Shown piece by piece: positions 36,799-47,729 of a DNA stretch of 47,729 nucleotides; position 1 is the first letter of the stretch, and each line of letters opens with the position of its first letter. The DNA is from Catajapyx aquilonaris. Its lineage: Eukaryota. The position numbers were made by a program, and so were the translations under genes. The notes under the pieces are model-generated. The model saw only the letters and a program-made list of their open reading frames with translations, was not told the DNA's origin and made no database searches. The DNA lies in contig JYFJ02002987.1 in NCBI GenBank assembly GCA_000934665.2, positions 1 through 47,729 of the forward strand, given 5' to 3'.

Positions 36799-38213
36799 CA
36801 AGCTGTTCCAATATTTTTGCTAAAAAAATACTAGACTGTGGTTGCGGACTGGTGGCAGTGCCTTTCTTTCAAGTGGGAGATCGAGACTGTGTCTCATTCA
36901 TGTGCTACATAGAGGACATTGCTGTAATCACAAACAAGCAGTATATTTTAGTGTCCCCTATTCCCGAAACATTGATGCCAACCCAAATCCTTGCATTTCA
37001 TATGAACTTGGTAATGGAAATATTCCCAGTGTCACTCTAATTTCTCATGTGGTCATTTCATTAACTTGCCATGATACTGGCAACATGCTGAACTAAATAT
37101 GCCTGATAACACTATTCCCATGTTCATTTTAACGCATCTGATTTTAATGGTGCTGTATATCATATTGGACTTATACAACATTGAATTATGTAAATTTTAG
37201 TTATTATTTTCTGTCTGAAATGTTTTCAGTCCCTGGCAGAAGAAATGTACCCTATCTGATAATGTCTGCAGTACTTCACATTTAATGTATTACAATGTTG
37301 AAGGTTACTGCAGTCACATTTCAGGCAGCACCCTTGAAGGTCATGTGAATAAATTATCTGCCTTTATCAATACTAGAGAATTTTGTTATTTTGATATTAA
37401 CTGCCAATCAAGGTCAATCTGCGTTGGTAAGGTTAATGTATGCTGAGCATGCAATCCGACAAGATAAAAGCTTTCTAAGGGCATTTCCTTCGATTTGTAT
37501 TACTACTATGCAAAGTACCTCGATGGAGGGAGAAGATTCTATGAAGCAACCAGTCAAAGTTGAGTTCCATTCACAGTAAACCTGCCTTATGAGCAGGTTT
37601 CAGTTATATTTGAAAAATATATGGAAGTTCCCTACTGGGACCAAAGAAGAATTCTGTAACTGATTCCATGGTGCATTACTGATATGTTTTACCACATTAC
37701 TCAGTAGAATACCTGCAGATGATCTTTTCACTGAAGTTTCTGCATGACTGACCACAAAATTAAGCGAATTTCTATTTGATGAGTAAGCCCTTAACAAGTG
37801 AGCATGGACCATTATGCAGGTGTGAAGCACTTATCTGGACAAATTGGACAAATATCATTGGTAAAGTACGTGGCACATCCTTCTGGCCAAAGGAAGCTTA
37901 GTGGTGCTTACAAAATGAATGGACACAAGCTGACCTGCCAATTGATTTCCAAGATATTGATTTTTATTACTCCGGCGTTTTATTTTATCACCAAAACAAG
38001 GCATTCCCTCAATTCGAGTAACATTTCTTGACTGGAAATGATATCACTGGCAAGAGAAGCGCAAGTTCCACTACCAAGTTCGGCCTTTTCCAGTTTAAAA
38101 TAAAATCTGCTTATTTCCCCATCCCCCAGTGTAACAACTGATAAAAACAAAAGTCCTGCAAAGAATCTGCAGAGTTATATCTTTAAAACAAAATAAGACC
38201 TCCTTCACAATCC

Positions 38214-41200
38214 TCACTTTCCCTTTTTCGGCCATCTCCTGGCCCGGAAGTCCACTATCACAACAGTGATGTTGTCAAGTGATCCCCTCCTAAGGGCCAA
38301 CATGGCCAGTGACCTGGCACCCTTAAGGGGCTCATCTAGTCTCTGTCGAACAAAGGTCACTGCCTCCTCATTGGACACGGTATCCCACAGGCCATCCGAG
38401 GCGAGAAGTGCAAACTGGGGCCTCACTTCGGGGAGTGCAAAGGTCAGCACATCTGGATCAGCCACCACCAGTGACCTTTCTTTCAATGGATAGTCACCCA
38501 TGGCACGGGAAGTGGCCAGCACCCCAGCTACACGCCACACACCATTGAAGGCCACAAACCCACCCGCTTCCTGTATCCTCCTCTGCTCTTTCAGCTGCTG
38601 CGGCTTGTGATCAAATGAGAGTGGAATGGCTCCACCTCGGGAGTCGCACAGGACACCACGGGAATCCCCAACGTTGGCCACTACCAGGAGATTTCCATCA
38701 TCTAGTGCCACTAGTGCAGTGGTGCCTGGGAATTGGTAAAAGAAAGGACAATGTAGTCATTGTATGAAAACAAGTGACGCTGGTCAACGTGAGCAGAACA
38801 GATCAACTGAGAAATGCTGATACACCACAGGCTTTTGCATTTCAAATGTTTGAAGTATTTCAAGTGAACATATCACTACAATGTTACCTGCAATGTCCTG
38901 GCGCTTCTTGGCCTCCTCGACCAGCTCAGAGTCCACTGAAAGGATCTCCTCTGTCAGCACCTTTCCATACTGGGCTTCAGTGACTGGTGCTTGCTTTGGA
39001 GTGGCAGGAGTGACGGACTCAACCTTTGCCCCAACCTCCAGGGGTGTCTGGCAGTCCTCACCACCCTTCTGGGGGCAACGGAGCTGAGTCAGGCGGCGCT
39101 GCAGGCGGGGGATCAGGATATCCTTTGCATAGTCTGCTGCAAACTGGAAAAAAATATATGAAGTGATTCTTCAGAAGGCAATCTTTACATTTATTCAGAT
39201 TTGTGTGTGCGGCTTTTTGTGTTGCTCATTAGCTTGCTTCTTGCTGGGAACAGCTGTAAGTCGGTTTATGATCATAATTAATGCTTCGCATATGGGCACA
39301 GGTGATAAATTCTTGTTGTGTGCAATGCCAACAGGAAAACAATGCTAAAACAAAAAATAGTCCTGTTGCTGCAATCAGCCGAAGGTCTTGTGTTGTCTTT
39401 CTCAATGTGCACACTTCTATTTTTTGAGGGTGTTCAACAGGGTTTTCCCTCGTGCTGTTTCATGCAATTAGTCACCTGTGTGAATACCCGCTTAGTTGTT
39501 TTCAGCTATTTTCATCCTAGTTAGGTAAGACATGTTGTGTGCTAATGGACAGTGCTATAATCAAGAGGATGACTCAGTTCAAAAAGACAGCGACCCCATG
39601 TTTCACAATAAATACTCTCCAGCCAAGACGACATAGTCTTAAATTTATCTGTTTACTGACTCTCCATAGCGTACGTGTCTAGCTTGCATCGCACAAGTGC
39701 TGAACAGTATTCATACGAGTTGATCTTCAATAAATGACAGTGACAAGGAGAATCAGATCTATTGGCAGTTGCATAGAGTACATCATGCATTGACAGACTG
39801 CCATGCAAAGAGGAGTGTCCTGCTTATATCACAACCTCCCCCACCCCCACACTTCCTCCTCTAGTCTCGCATTATGCACTCTTACAGTATGGGAAATCAT
39901 TTCAAGGACAACCTCAGTGTTGGACATCAGCACAACTCATCCCGGATGATAGACTATGTCAAATGCTTCCCACTTCCACCCATGCAACAGAAGCACAACA
40001 GGTGTGATGCGCATGGATTAGACGTTACGCTTAGGCTTCGACACCCTGATATTCCTTGCACATTTTTGAGCAAAATACTATTATAAATCACAACAATTAT
40101 CCAATTACGGATAATTATATAGAGAGGAATGCAACATGCTGTGTTACTTATGCAACACTGCCATGTCACCTTTCGCCACTATTTTTTGTAAAGGATTAAA
40201 CAGGAAGGCTTGTAAAACTGAATTGCAAGTGAAATAAATAGGTATACTGCATGAAATGTCCACAAAAGTTATGATATCCAGCATGAAACTACATGCAAGC
40301 TTAAGATTATGCAACATTTACTCCCTCATTAATTTGACTTATAAATTTAATTAACATAACAGTGGAGGGTCAATAAACATGCCAGGAAGATTCATGTGCA
40401 TGAAGGACTTCAGCTTTACTGATTGCAAATTTTGCACATGTTTAAAGTGCCGTACATCAGCATTTATCATTTCCTAATCCTCCTGATATGCTGTGATAAT
40501 AAATAAGGTCAGGTCACATGCAACAGGATTATGAAATATTTAATCCTGCTTCCTGACTGTACACATAACCTTAGGCCAGAAGGAACTCTGAAGGAGATCG
40601 TGCTGTTCCAAATTCCCACTCGGAAAGTAAATCTGACATATTTACATAACCTATTTTATTACATCTGGACTCAATACTGCCAGATATGCATCTCATAGCA
40701 GGAGTAGCAAAGCGCCAAGTCGAAAAACAAAACATCCTTCATCATTTTCCACGTGCACTCCTGCCAGTGACGCAAGAATCAAGCCACACTCCTTTGGAAT
40801 GCACCTGGTTGCAAAATGCCAACCTGGAGCCCAAACCTCAGCTACTTTCCTCAGACTATTTCCGGGCTCACCTCCCCCAACCCTTCATCCCCACACACTT
40901 CCCACTTTCCCACCCACCCTACATTTCTTCACAGATATTCCTGTCTTGGCAGACACATCCCCTTTTCACCACACCTTTCATTTTTTTCCTTTTCCACAGC
41001 GAGGCCAGACTGCAGCTCGTTTTGACATATAATGCCAGCTTTTGGATTTGTTGCCTCGAGACCGCTCGAGACTCATCAAGTGGACTGCATTGCACTTCTG
41101 ACCTTCGGACACGTGGCCTCCACTCTCCTCCCTATTATCTGTCCTTTACACTTTGGCTGGGGTCTGCTTCCAAACAGGATGGGATTTTATCTAATTCAAA

Positions 41201-43182
41201 GTACAGGTCAAGGGACAATATCAATCTGAACAATAATAATAACAGCGAATCTCGGAAACCTTTAGCCACTTCCAGTGTGGAGAGATAAGGTCGTGGTTTT
41301 GGAGCAGGAGTGATTCCCTTTCTCCAAATTTACTTGTTTCCTTGACACAAGTGCCACTAATTTGAAGGCTACTCTTCTTTCCCTTGACTCTGCCAGGCTT
41401 CTTTCATGATTAGCTCAAGAACTTTTTTAGTAGGCCTCCAAGGTAAAAATGCAAGGCACTCATGCACTGAAGCTTATTCACCAAGTTTTTTCTTGGGACA
41501 GTGATATGCAGGACCTATTCTTCTTACAAACATGGTTATGCATGAAGTAACTGTCTTACTATAAGTCTACACATGTTTGTGAGTCATACAAAAGCCACAT
41601 GCCTTGCAACCAGCTGGCATATATTTCATCATTCTACAATGTGAAAGAATGCAGCAGGAAGAGAGTTTAACATAACACAATTGTTTCAAATTATAATTTA
41701 CCCAGATTGAGATCTTTCACATGATATGAGAGTTTACACCTTGATCATTACAGTACTAACTTTTTTTGCACGAGATTAGCATTGAAAGCAGCCTTTTTGA
41801 GAGCGAGAAAAAAACATCCTTCACTTGCCCTTAAATGTCTGGGTGGAACTACAGTACGTAATATCATAATTTAATGGCTGGCTCTGGGATTCAGCCAAGC
41901 ATCTCAAATATGACAGACTAATCATTCAAACACTCCCAGAAAAATATGCTTCATATGAACATTCTAGGCAAGGGCACAAGTTAATTTGATATGTAATTTA
42001 TCACCCAAGGCCAAGCCTAAGCTGAATCCCTACAGCATTTCCACAAACAGTCAACAGCGCAAAATGTCAAATGTCACAACATGGCATTAATTACTGATAC
42101 ATAATCCATTACTAAGTATTCACAGTAACGGTAGCATTGGATGAAAACCGGACATAACTTTTCATGAAACTTGGTAAATTTTTAATTGTCCATATGGTAA
42201 AAAGAAGTGCAGTACTTCTGTTCTGGGTAACATCCCAGCAACATAAATTTTTTCGTTTGACGACATTCGCTAACTCGCATATCATGCTGGCTTACTACCA
42301 TCAACAAGTAAACCCTCTAATATACGTATTTAAGAAACTGAATACCAACCTCTCCCCCATGCCCGTCAAACACAGCATATATCCCCACTCCACCAGCTGA
42401 ATCACCACCAGGCTTGACAACCACGTATCTGTCCTCCATTTTAGGCCTTCCACCTTGCACCGCAAACACAGACACATGCCCATCGTTCTGCTGCCATGTA
42501 GGCCCATCCAAGAACCCAGTTGTCACCACTCCCAAACCCAACGCCTGGGCCAGCTGACCCCCAGACACAACAGAGCTGTCACCCCCAGCGATCCCAGTGC
42601 CTCCCAGTCCTCCCAGCGGAGACACAAGCATGGACTGCAAACGTCCTAATCTTGCCGTCACTTGCCGCACCCATACCTGCAAAATCACAATTAATTTAAT
42701 TAGCTCAACCTATATGTAACAGGGATGAGGTTGAAATTGTTCATTACAAAAATGGTGCATTTTGGTTGTTCAGTGAAAACCTGTTCAGCTGGAATTTTAC
42801 AGCCGCGGGGTTAGTCCTTCGTACATGAGACGGAGTCTGGTTGCAGTCCGACTGAAGTCCCGTTGAAGTCCATCATTGTACGTGCTATAGTGACTAACCC
42901 CTATTTGTTCTATTTGCGACAATTTGCCATTGCTGAACAGCTTTCCTTTAAGTATTTATTTAATATTATTAAATAGCGTTCAGTCCTCCAACGCACCTCA
43001 ACGCTCTGCAAGGACAGCCAGAGCAGCACGACCAGACCAGAGAGCAGCAGTATCTCTGGCTTCCCCACGATGAGCTTGATGAGTCGGGCAGCCCCGGGGC
43101 GGCCCAGGGGCAGGCGGGTGGCAAGTCGCATGTGGGCTGCCACCAGCTGCCCGATCACCTCGTCTTCCAGAGCGTCCTCCAT
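38214..43182 (-). CDS. PPM1L: PP2C-family Ser/Thr phosphatase, PPM1L (PP2C-epsilon)-like with N-terminal TM segment, ~426 aa, 4 coding exons
   Basis: Exons (minus) 43182-42997, 42676-42350, 39143-38888, 38725-38214. Hydrophobic PEILLLSGLVVLLWLSL; PP2C motifs RPKMEDRY, AVFDGHGGEFAA, AGTTAL, ANVGDSRG, LSFDHKP, GVLATSRAMGD, LASDGLWD and GSLDNITVV. Confidence 0.92.
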
Positions 43183-43416
43183 CGACTCTCACCAGCCGGA
43201 CGCCACCATGCCTCTTGTCCTGTTACTTGTACAATATTGAAGTGTACTTCCCTCTCGGTGCTTCCAACTGGGCCGAACAACGTCGTGCAACTAGAGACAG
43301 TAGAGAGATGCGCAGCGGAACTTTCCACTTGGCAACTTGCCCGACGTCGACTTGACTGACGAGGGATGTCAGACGAAACGATGTTTACATGGTCAAGCTG
43401 CTGAAGCTGGCCGCGT

Positions 43417-43660
43417 CCAATCAGATCGCGGCGTGAAGACATTCTGCCCAATAGGAAGCGCACCAGATGTGTGATTGGCTAGAGCACAAACATGCCCACC
43501 GTCATTTACTTGTTTAAAAAATATGCATCCTATTTTACATACTAATTTTACCAAACAGTTAGGTGCACACGATGCAACATTGTACTTAGTTTAAATAGTT
43601 TTAATTGCAACCAATATTTGTCTGGTACCCTTTGAGCGGAAAGTGGTGGGTGTGACGTCA
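43417..43660. promoter_or_regulatory. Candidate bidirectional promoter between PPM1L and the unknown gene
   Basis: CCAAT at 43417 and 43448, ATTGG at 43474, TGACGTCA at 43653-43660; CpG-rich; lies between two divergent ATGs 556 bp apart. Confidence 0.55.
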
Positions 43661-43737
43661 GCAGATTCAGGTTCGAATGGTGATAGACGGAAAGGGAAAG
43701 AGCTCGCCGGAATCTGCCTGAATCCGGTGACTTTACG

Positions 43738-46700
43738 ATGTCGAACGGCTTCAACCTGTGGCCCGTACCCTTGCCCGGATTGCGGGTTATGACTAGTGAG
43801 GAGCTGGGTCCTCAACTTTTTGCGTCTATAAGGGCCTATCAGCAGTATGATATCGAACAGGTAGGAGCCATCGGATTTGGTCCATTTTTGATTGGAATTA
43901 TGCCGAATTGGAACAGTGAGGGGTCAATGACCCTACGTGCATGTCACTGAGAAAAGTGAGCTGGTTCCGGAACGGGCACGGTTTGCTTGGTGCGTATAGA
44001 ATGTGGAGTACCCAAGCAAACAGGGACATCCAAGAAGGTCATTGACCTTAGTCGATTGTTCTGCTTTTCGTCTCTCTATTTGCATTGGGGGCATTGGTCC
44101 ACTGTAGCTGACAGTTGACGCAGTACCTTGTCTGTTGTACTGTATCTACACTCTATACAGTTATGATGTCTTCACTTTTTCTATTCTTCCTCCCCGCCGT
44201 TTGCCCCGCGAAGCGGGCCATCCGGCGCGCGTGAAACGAATAGTAGGGAATCGGGTCGAGCCCAATGCAATTTTCCCGACTTCATAACTCGCGATCGGGT
44301 TAATCGATTTCAAATCGGAAACAAGATTTACACTCCGCTCACTACAGTTTCAAACTTTAGCTGGATAAACAACAACTAGGGCCATTACCGGGGTCATTAG
44401 CCGGGGTCTAAGTTCAAAAAAGTGTCGTTAGTCGCACCAGGGTACAGCCTAAACGGTGCGTCGTAGAGGGTCATACAATCTGTTATTCGAACCGCAATGT
44501 TCCCAGGGGGTGCCCTCCTGCCTACCTTTTTTTGAGAAAAACCTTTACTTTTTGAGCTACAAGGCGATTTCGAAAGTGTCAGATTTGTGGCTCTCGCTCA
44601 CTTTCTGTACCGAGACTTTATTCTGACGATGAAAAGAATTAAATAAAAATAGGCAGTAAAACTGCAGAAAACTATTCTTCCTCTGATGGGTGAGATTAAA
44701 AGTAAGAAACAAGTCCATAGGTGGGGGTTGGTTCGTGTCATGGGGATGTGTGATAATCAAATTTAATTCAAAACATTCGTGCTATGGGGCTGGGAAGAAT
44801 TAGGCAGAGTAGGAGAGTCGGAGGAGTACATAAAAGCGATATCTGCCTAAAGGCCATTTCACAAAAAAAATGTCGCGCGGCAAACGGCGCACTGTAGGCT
44901 AGATTCGAAAAAACATGATCGAAAAAACTTTTTCCACTGCTTTTGTAAATACTTCGAAACACCGTCAATGAAAGTCAAGTTCGTGTGGGGCCTCACGTGA
45001 TTCTTAGTTCTACCATACCTATTGTATGTAAATTGTTTCATGCTGTCGAAGTCAGACAAAAACGGGCATTTTTAGCAGGATTTTTTTTTCTTGAAAATGC
45101 CCTTATAAACTATGATTGTGTTCAGTCGTAGAAAAGTATTTTGAACATTGGAGTACCTTCTCTTGTAGAGCTTTCCTTGACGAACAATATGATGTCTGAA
45201 ATGAGTAACTATTACTTTCCTATTTTCCGGGGGGTGGGGAACCCCGAAACCTCTTTTTCCAGCTCTTCGTACGATAAAACCTTCCCTGCAAAAGCGGCTA
45301 ACAACGGCTGACTCATAAAATTGGTCTCATGATGACCGTCTGGGTGTATAGTAACTAGCCCAATATATTCTAGCTGCTACTGGCCGCTACTCGTCATTTT
45401 ATAATGAAAACACCTGGCTGGTGCGTAGGAAACAGGCCAGTCGTGGGATAGAATCGACAGTAATTGCTGTTAATGAATTCGCTTAAGCTGGTAGAAATTA
45501 TGTCTTCCTATGTTTTCGTGATCGCCGATTTCGATTTTGAGGTTATTTTCAACACAGCACTACAAGGTGTACCAAAAAACGCGATCAAATGTTATAAAAC
45601 CTGACTGAAACAGTTCAATGAAGTAAAAATGCTGTCTCCTTATGTGTTCCCAGTTGATTATTTAGAATTTAGATTGTCAATATGTTTTGAACACAGGACG
45701 ACAGGGTGTACCAAAAATCACAATATCACGTTACAGGGTCGTAATTGAACCGCTGCATTAGGTAAAAATGAGGTTTCCATGTGTTTACGATGCCACTGAT
45801 TCAGGTTTTCCGGCTATTTACAACCCACAACTACAGGGTGTACCAAAAACACGATCGAAAACTATCAGAGGATATGGCTAAATTTGCAATCAAAGAAATG
45901 TGCATATCATATGAAATTATGCAAGGTTCAAATACATAAAGAAATACAACATAAATGCTAAGCCTGTATTCTACAAGATAATTATGCTGTAATTTGGTCA
46001 TGATTCACCGTCACTTATTAACTAATCCCAAAACAGAAACACTCCGTAAATCGAGTAAGCTCTATTTGTAGAGTATATCGGGAATTCATTGATGGAAATC
46101 GTAAGTGCAGAATTTTGTAACAGTACGTAATTTTTGTACAGTAGGTTATATCTGAAAATAAAGGTTTGCAATGATTATGTGTGTATGTTATTATTCCACG
46201 AACTTTTAAATACACACTTGTTTGTCACACACTCATAATTATAATACGAACAAATGTGCCTACTCCCCAGTGGATGTGATCCAGCCAAAGTTGTTTGCTA
46301 CTTATCTCGGGCCCCCTTTTCAAAAAGGCGAAGAATTTTTTTCGTAATGGACAGGTTTCATTGTATTTCTTTATGCATTTGAACATTTTATAATTTTGCA
46401 TAATATGCACATTTTTTTGAATTAAAATTTTGCCGTCTTCTCTTATATTATTCGATCGTGTTTTTGGTACACCCTGTAGTGTTTGGTTGTAAGTAGCCTG
46501 AAAATCAGAATCAGTGACCGCGAAATCATGCAGAACCTAATTTTTAGCTAATGCAACCGTTAAGTTACGGAATTATAACTTTAATGCTGTGATTTTTGCT
46601 ACAACCTGTAGTTCTACGTTCTAGATTTCTTGACAATCTAAGTTCTAAATAATCTACCGGGAAAACATAGGGAGACTTCATTCTTACCTCATTGAATCGT

Positions 46701-47346
46701 TTAATTCTTGTTTTGTAACTTTCCATAATTTTTTGGTACACCCGGTAGTGCTACGTTAAAAATAACCTCAAAATCGAAATCAGCGACTACGAAAACATTG
46801 GATGACATTTTTTTACCTGCTTAAACGGCTTAATTAATGCGCTATTATTTTCGATCATGTTTTTTCGATTCTAGCCTACAGTGCGGCGCGACTTGCGGCA
46901 AATTTTTATTTATATTTATTGTTGCCAATTGTTGGAAACAATAAAATTTGCCGCAAGTCGCGCCGTTTGCCGCGCGACATTTTTTCTGTGAAATGGCCTT
47001 AATTCTTCCCAGCCCCAAAGCACGAATGTTTTGAATTAAATTTGATTATCACACATCCCCATGACACGAACCAACCCCCACCTATGGACTTGTTTCTTAC
47101 TTTTAATCTCACCCATCAGAGGAAGAATAGTTTTCTGCAGTTTTACTGCCTATTTTTATTTATCCTGTGTCTATGTGAATGATGAGGCATCCAATGTAGC
47201 TATATATGTAGATGTAGGTGTTTCATTTCCTTGACAGGAACGGCGGGAACGATACTTGCGTGAAGCCCTTCAGCAGCGACGTGCGAGTGGGTCAGGCCGA
47301 TTGCCTCTGGTTAGGCCCAGAGACGCACGTGATCGTCAGAGAGAGG
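43738..47346 (+). CDS. 5' part of a putative unknown protein-coding gene (continues beyond the window)
   Basis: Exon 43738-43860 (ATG with A at -3; donor CAG|GTAGGA, phase 0) joins in frame to exon 47238-47346 (pyrimidine tract + CAG acceptor, donor G|GTAAGA). Joined product: MSNGFNLWPVPLPGLRVMTSEELGPQLFASIRAYQQYDIEQ-ERRERYLREALQQRRASGSGRLPLVRPRDARDRQRE. No family recognised. Confidence 0.5.
44640..47162. mobile_element. Foldback-like long inverted repeat element (~2.5 kb) with modular arms
   Basis: 44640-44802 is the reverse complement of ~47000-47162 with one mismatch. Further paired blocks: 44850-44925 vs 46848-47000 and ~45480-45870 vs ~46450-46840. Three ACAGGGTGTACCAAAAA-like subrepeats per arm at ~135-bp spacing; AT-rich central spacer; no transposase ORF. 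Confidence 0.8.
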
Positions 47347-47729
47347 GTAAGACACCGTAGTTGCAAGTGACTCGTGGTAACCTCTTCATGACAGTGTAAA
47401 ACTAACATACGAAAGTGTGCAAACTAAATACAGTATTCCAAAAATACTAAACCTGTATGATGCACAAGGACTGAGTAGAGTCTACATAATTATAATTATT
47501 AGTATGTAACATAAAACTGATAAAAGTGACATATTTTGAAGTGTCAGGTTTCAGCTGAACATGCCCCTGAACTCTTAATAAAAATCAAGCCTTCTGTAGC
47601 TACTGAGGTCAGGAGAAAATGGCTTGAGAGCGCGCTCTAGGCTACGCTATTCATTGTTGCGGGTAGCCCGTCGCGGGTCGGCCCGTGAGTTTGACACTTC
47701 TTCCTCTCGCTGTCACGGCCGCAAATATG

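Noticed and set aside
40686..41288. 200-aa ORF antisense within PPM1L intron 2
   Set aside because: Low-complexity, pyrimidine-rich sequence with no domain or splice support; likely chance

Overview
Eukaryotic, intron-containing genomic DNA from an arthropod, most likely an insect (the species cannot be determined from the sequence). I assembled six complete multi-exon genes by hand from GT-AG boundaries with consistent phases: an ITM2/BRI2-family BRICHOS membrane protein (+, 1124-8177), the minor-spliceosome factor ZRSR2/Urp (-, 8751-14105), two tandem secreted QPD-type C-type lectins (+, 21770-23031 and 27911-29158), the autophagy protease Atg4 (+, 33754-36798) and a transmembrane PP2C phosphatase of PPM1L type (-, 38214-43182). 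A seventh, unrecognised gene probably starts head-to-head with the phosphatase (candidate exons 43738-43860 and 47238-47346) and runs off the window. Non-coding DNA holds two tRNA-derived SINEs with target-site duplications, a TTAA-flanked piggyBac-like element built as an inverted dimer, several small hairpin MITEs and a ~2.5 kb foldback-like inverted repeat. The most notable oddities are the orphan divergent gene, the foldback and inverted-dimer elements, an excess of 3n-length introns (18 of 28, four of them stop-free), tandem uORFs predicted in the Atg4 leader, and probably overlapping ITM2/ZRSR2 3' UTRs. All exon models are manual predictions without transcript support. No prokaryotic-type system (CRISPR etc.) is present.
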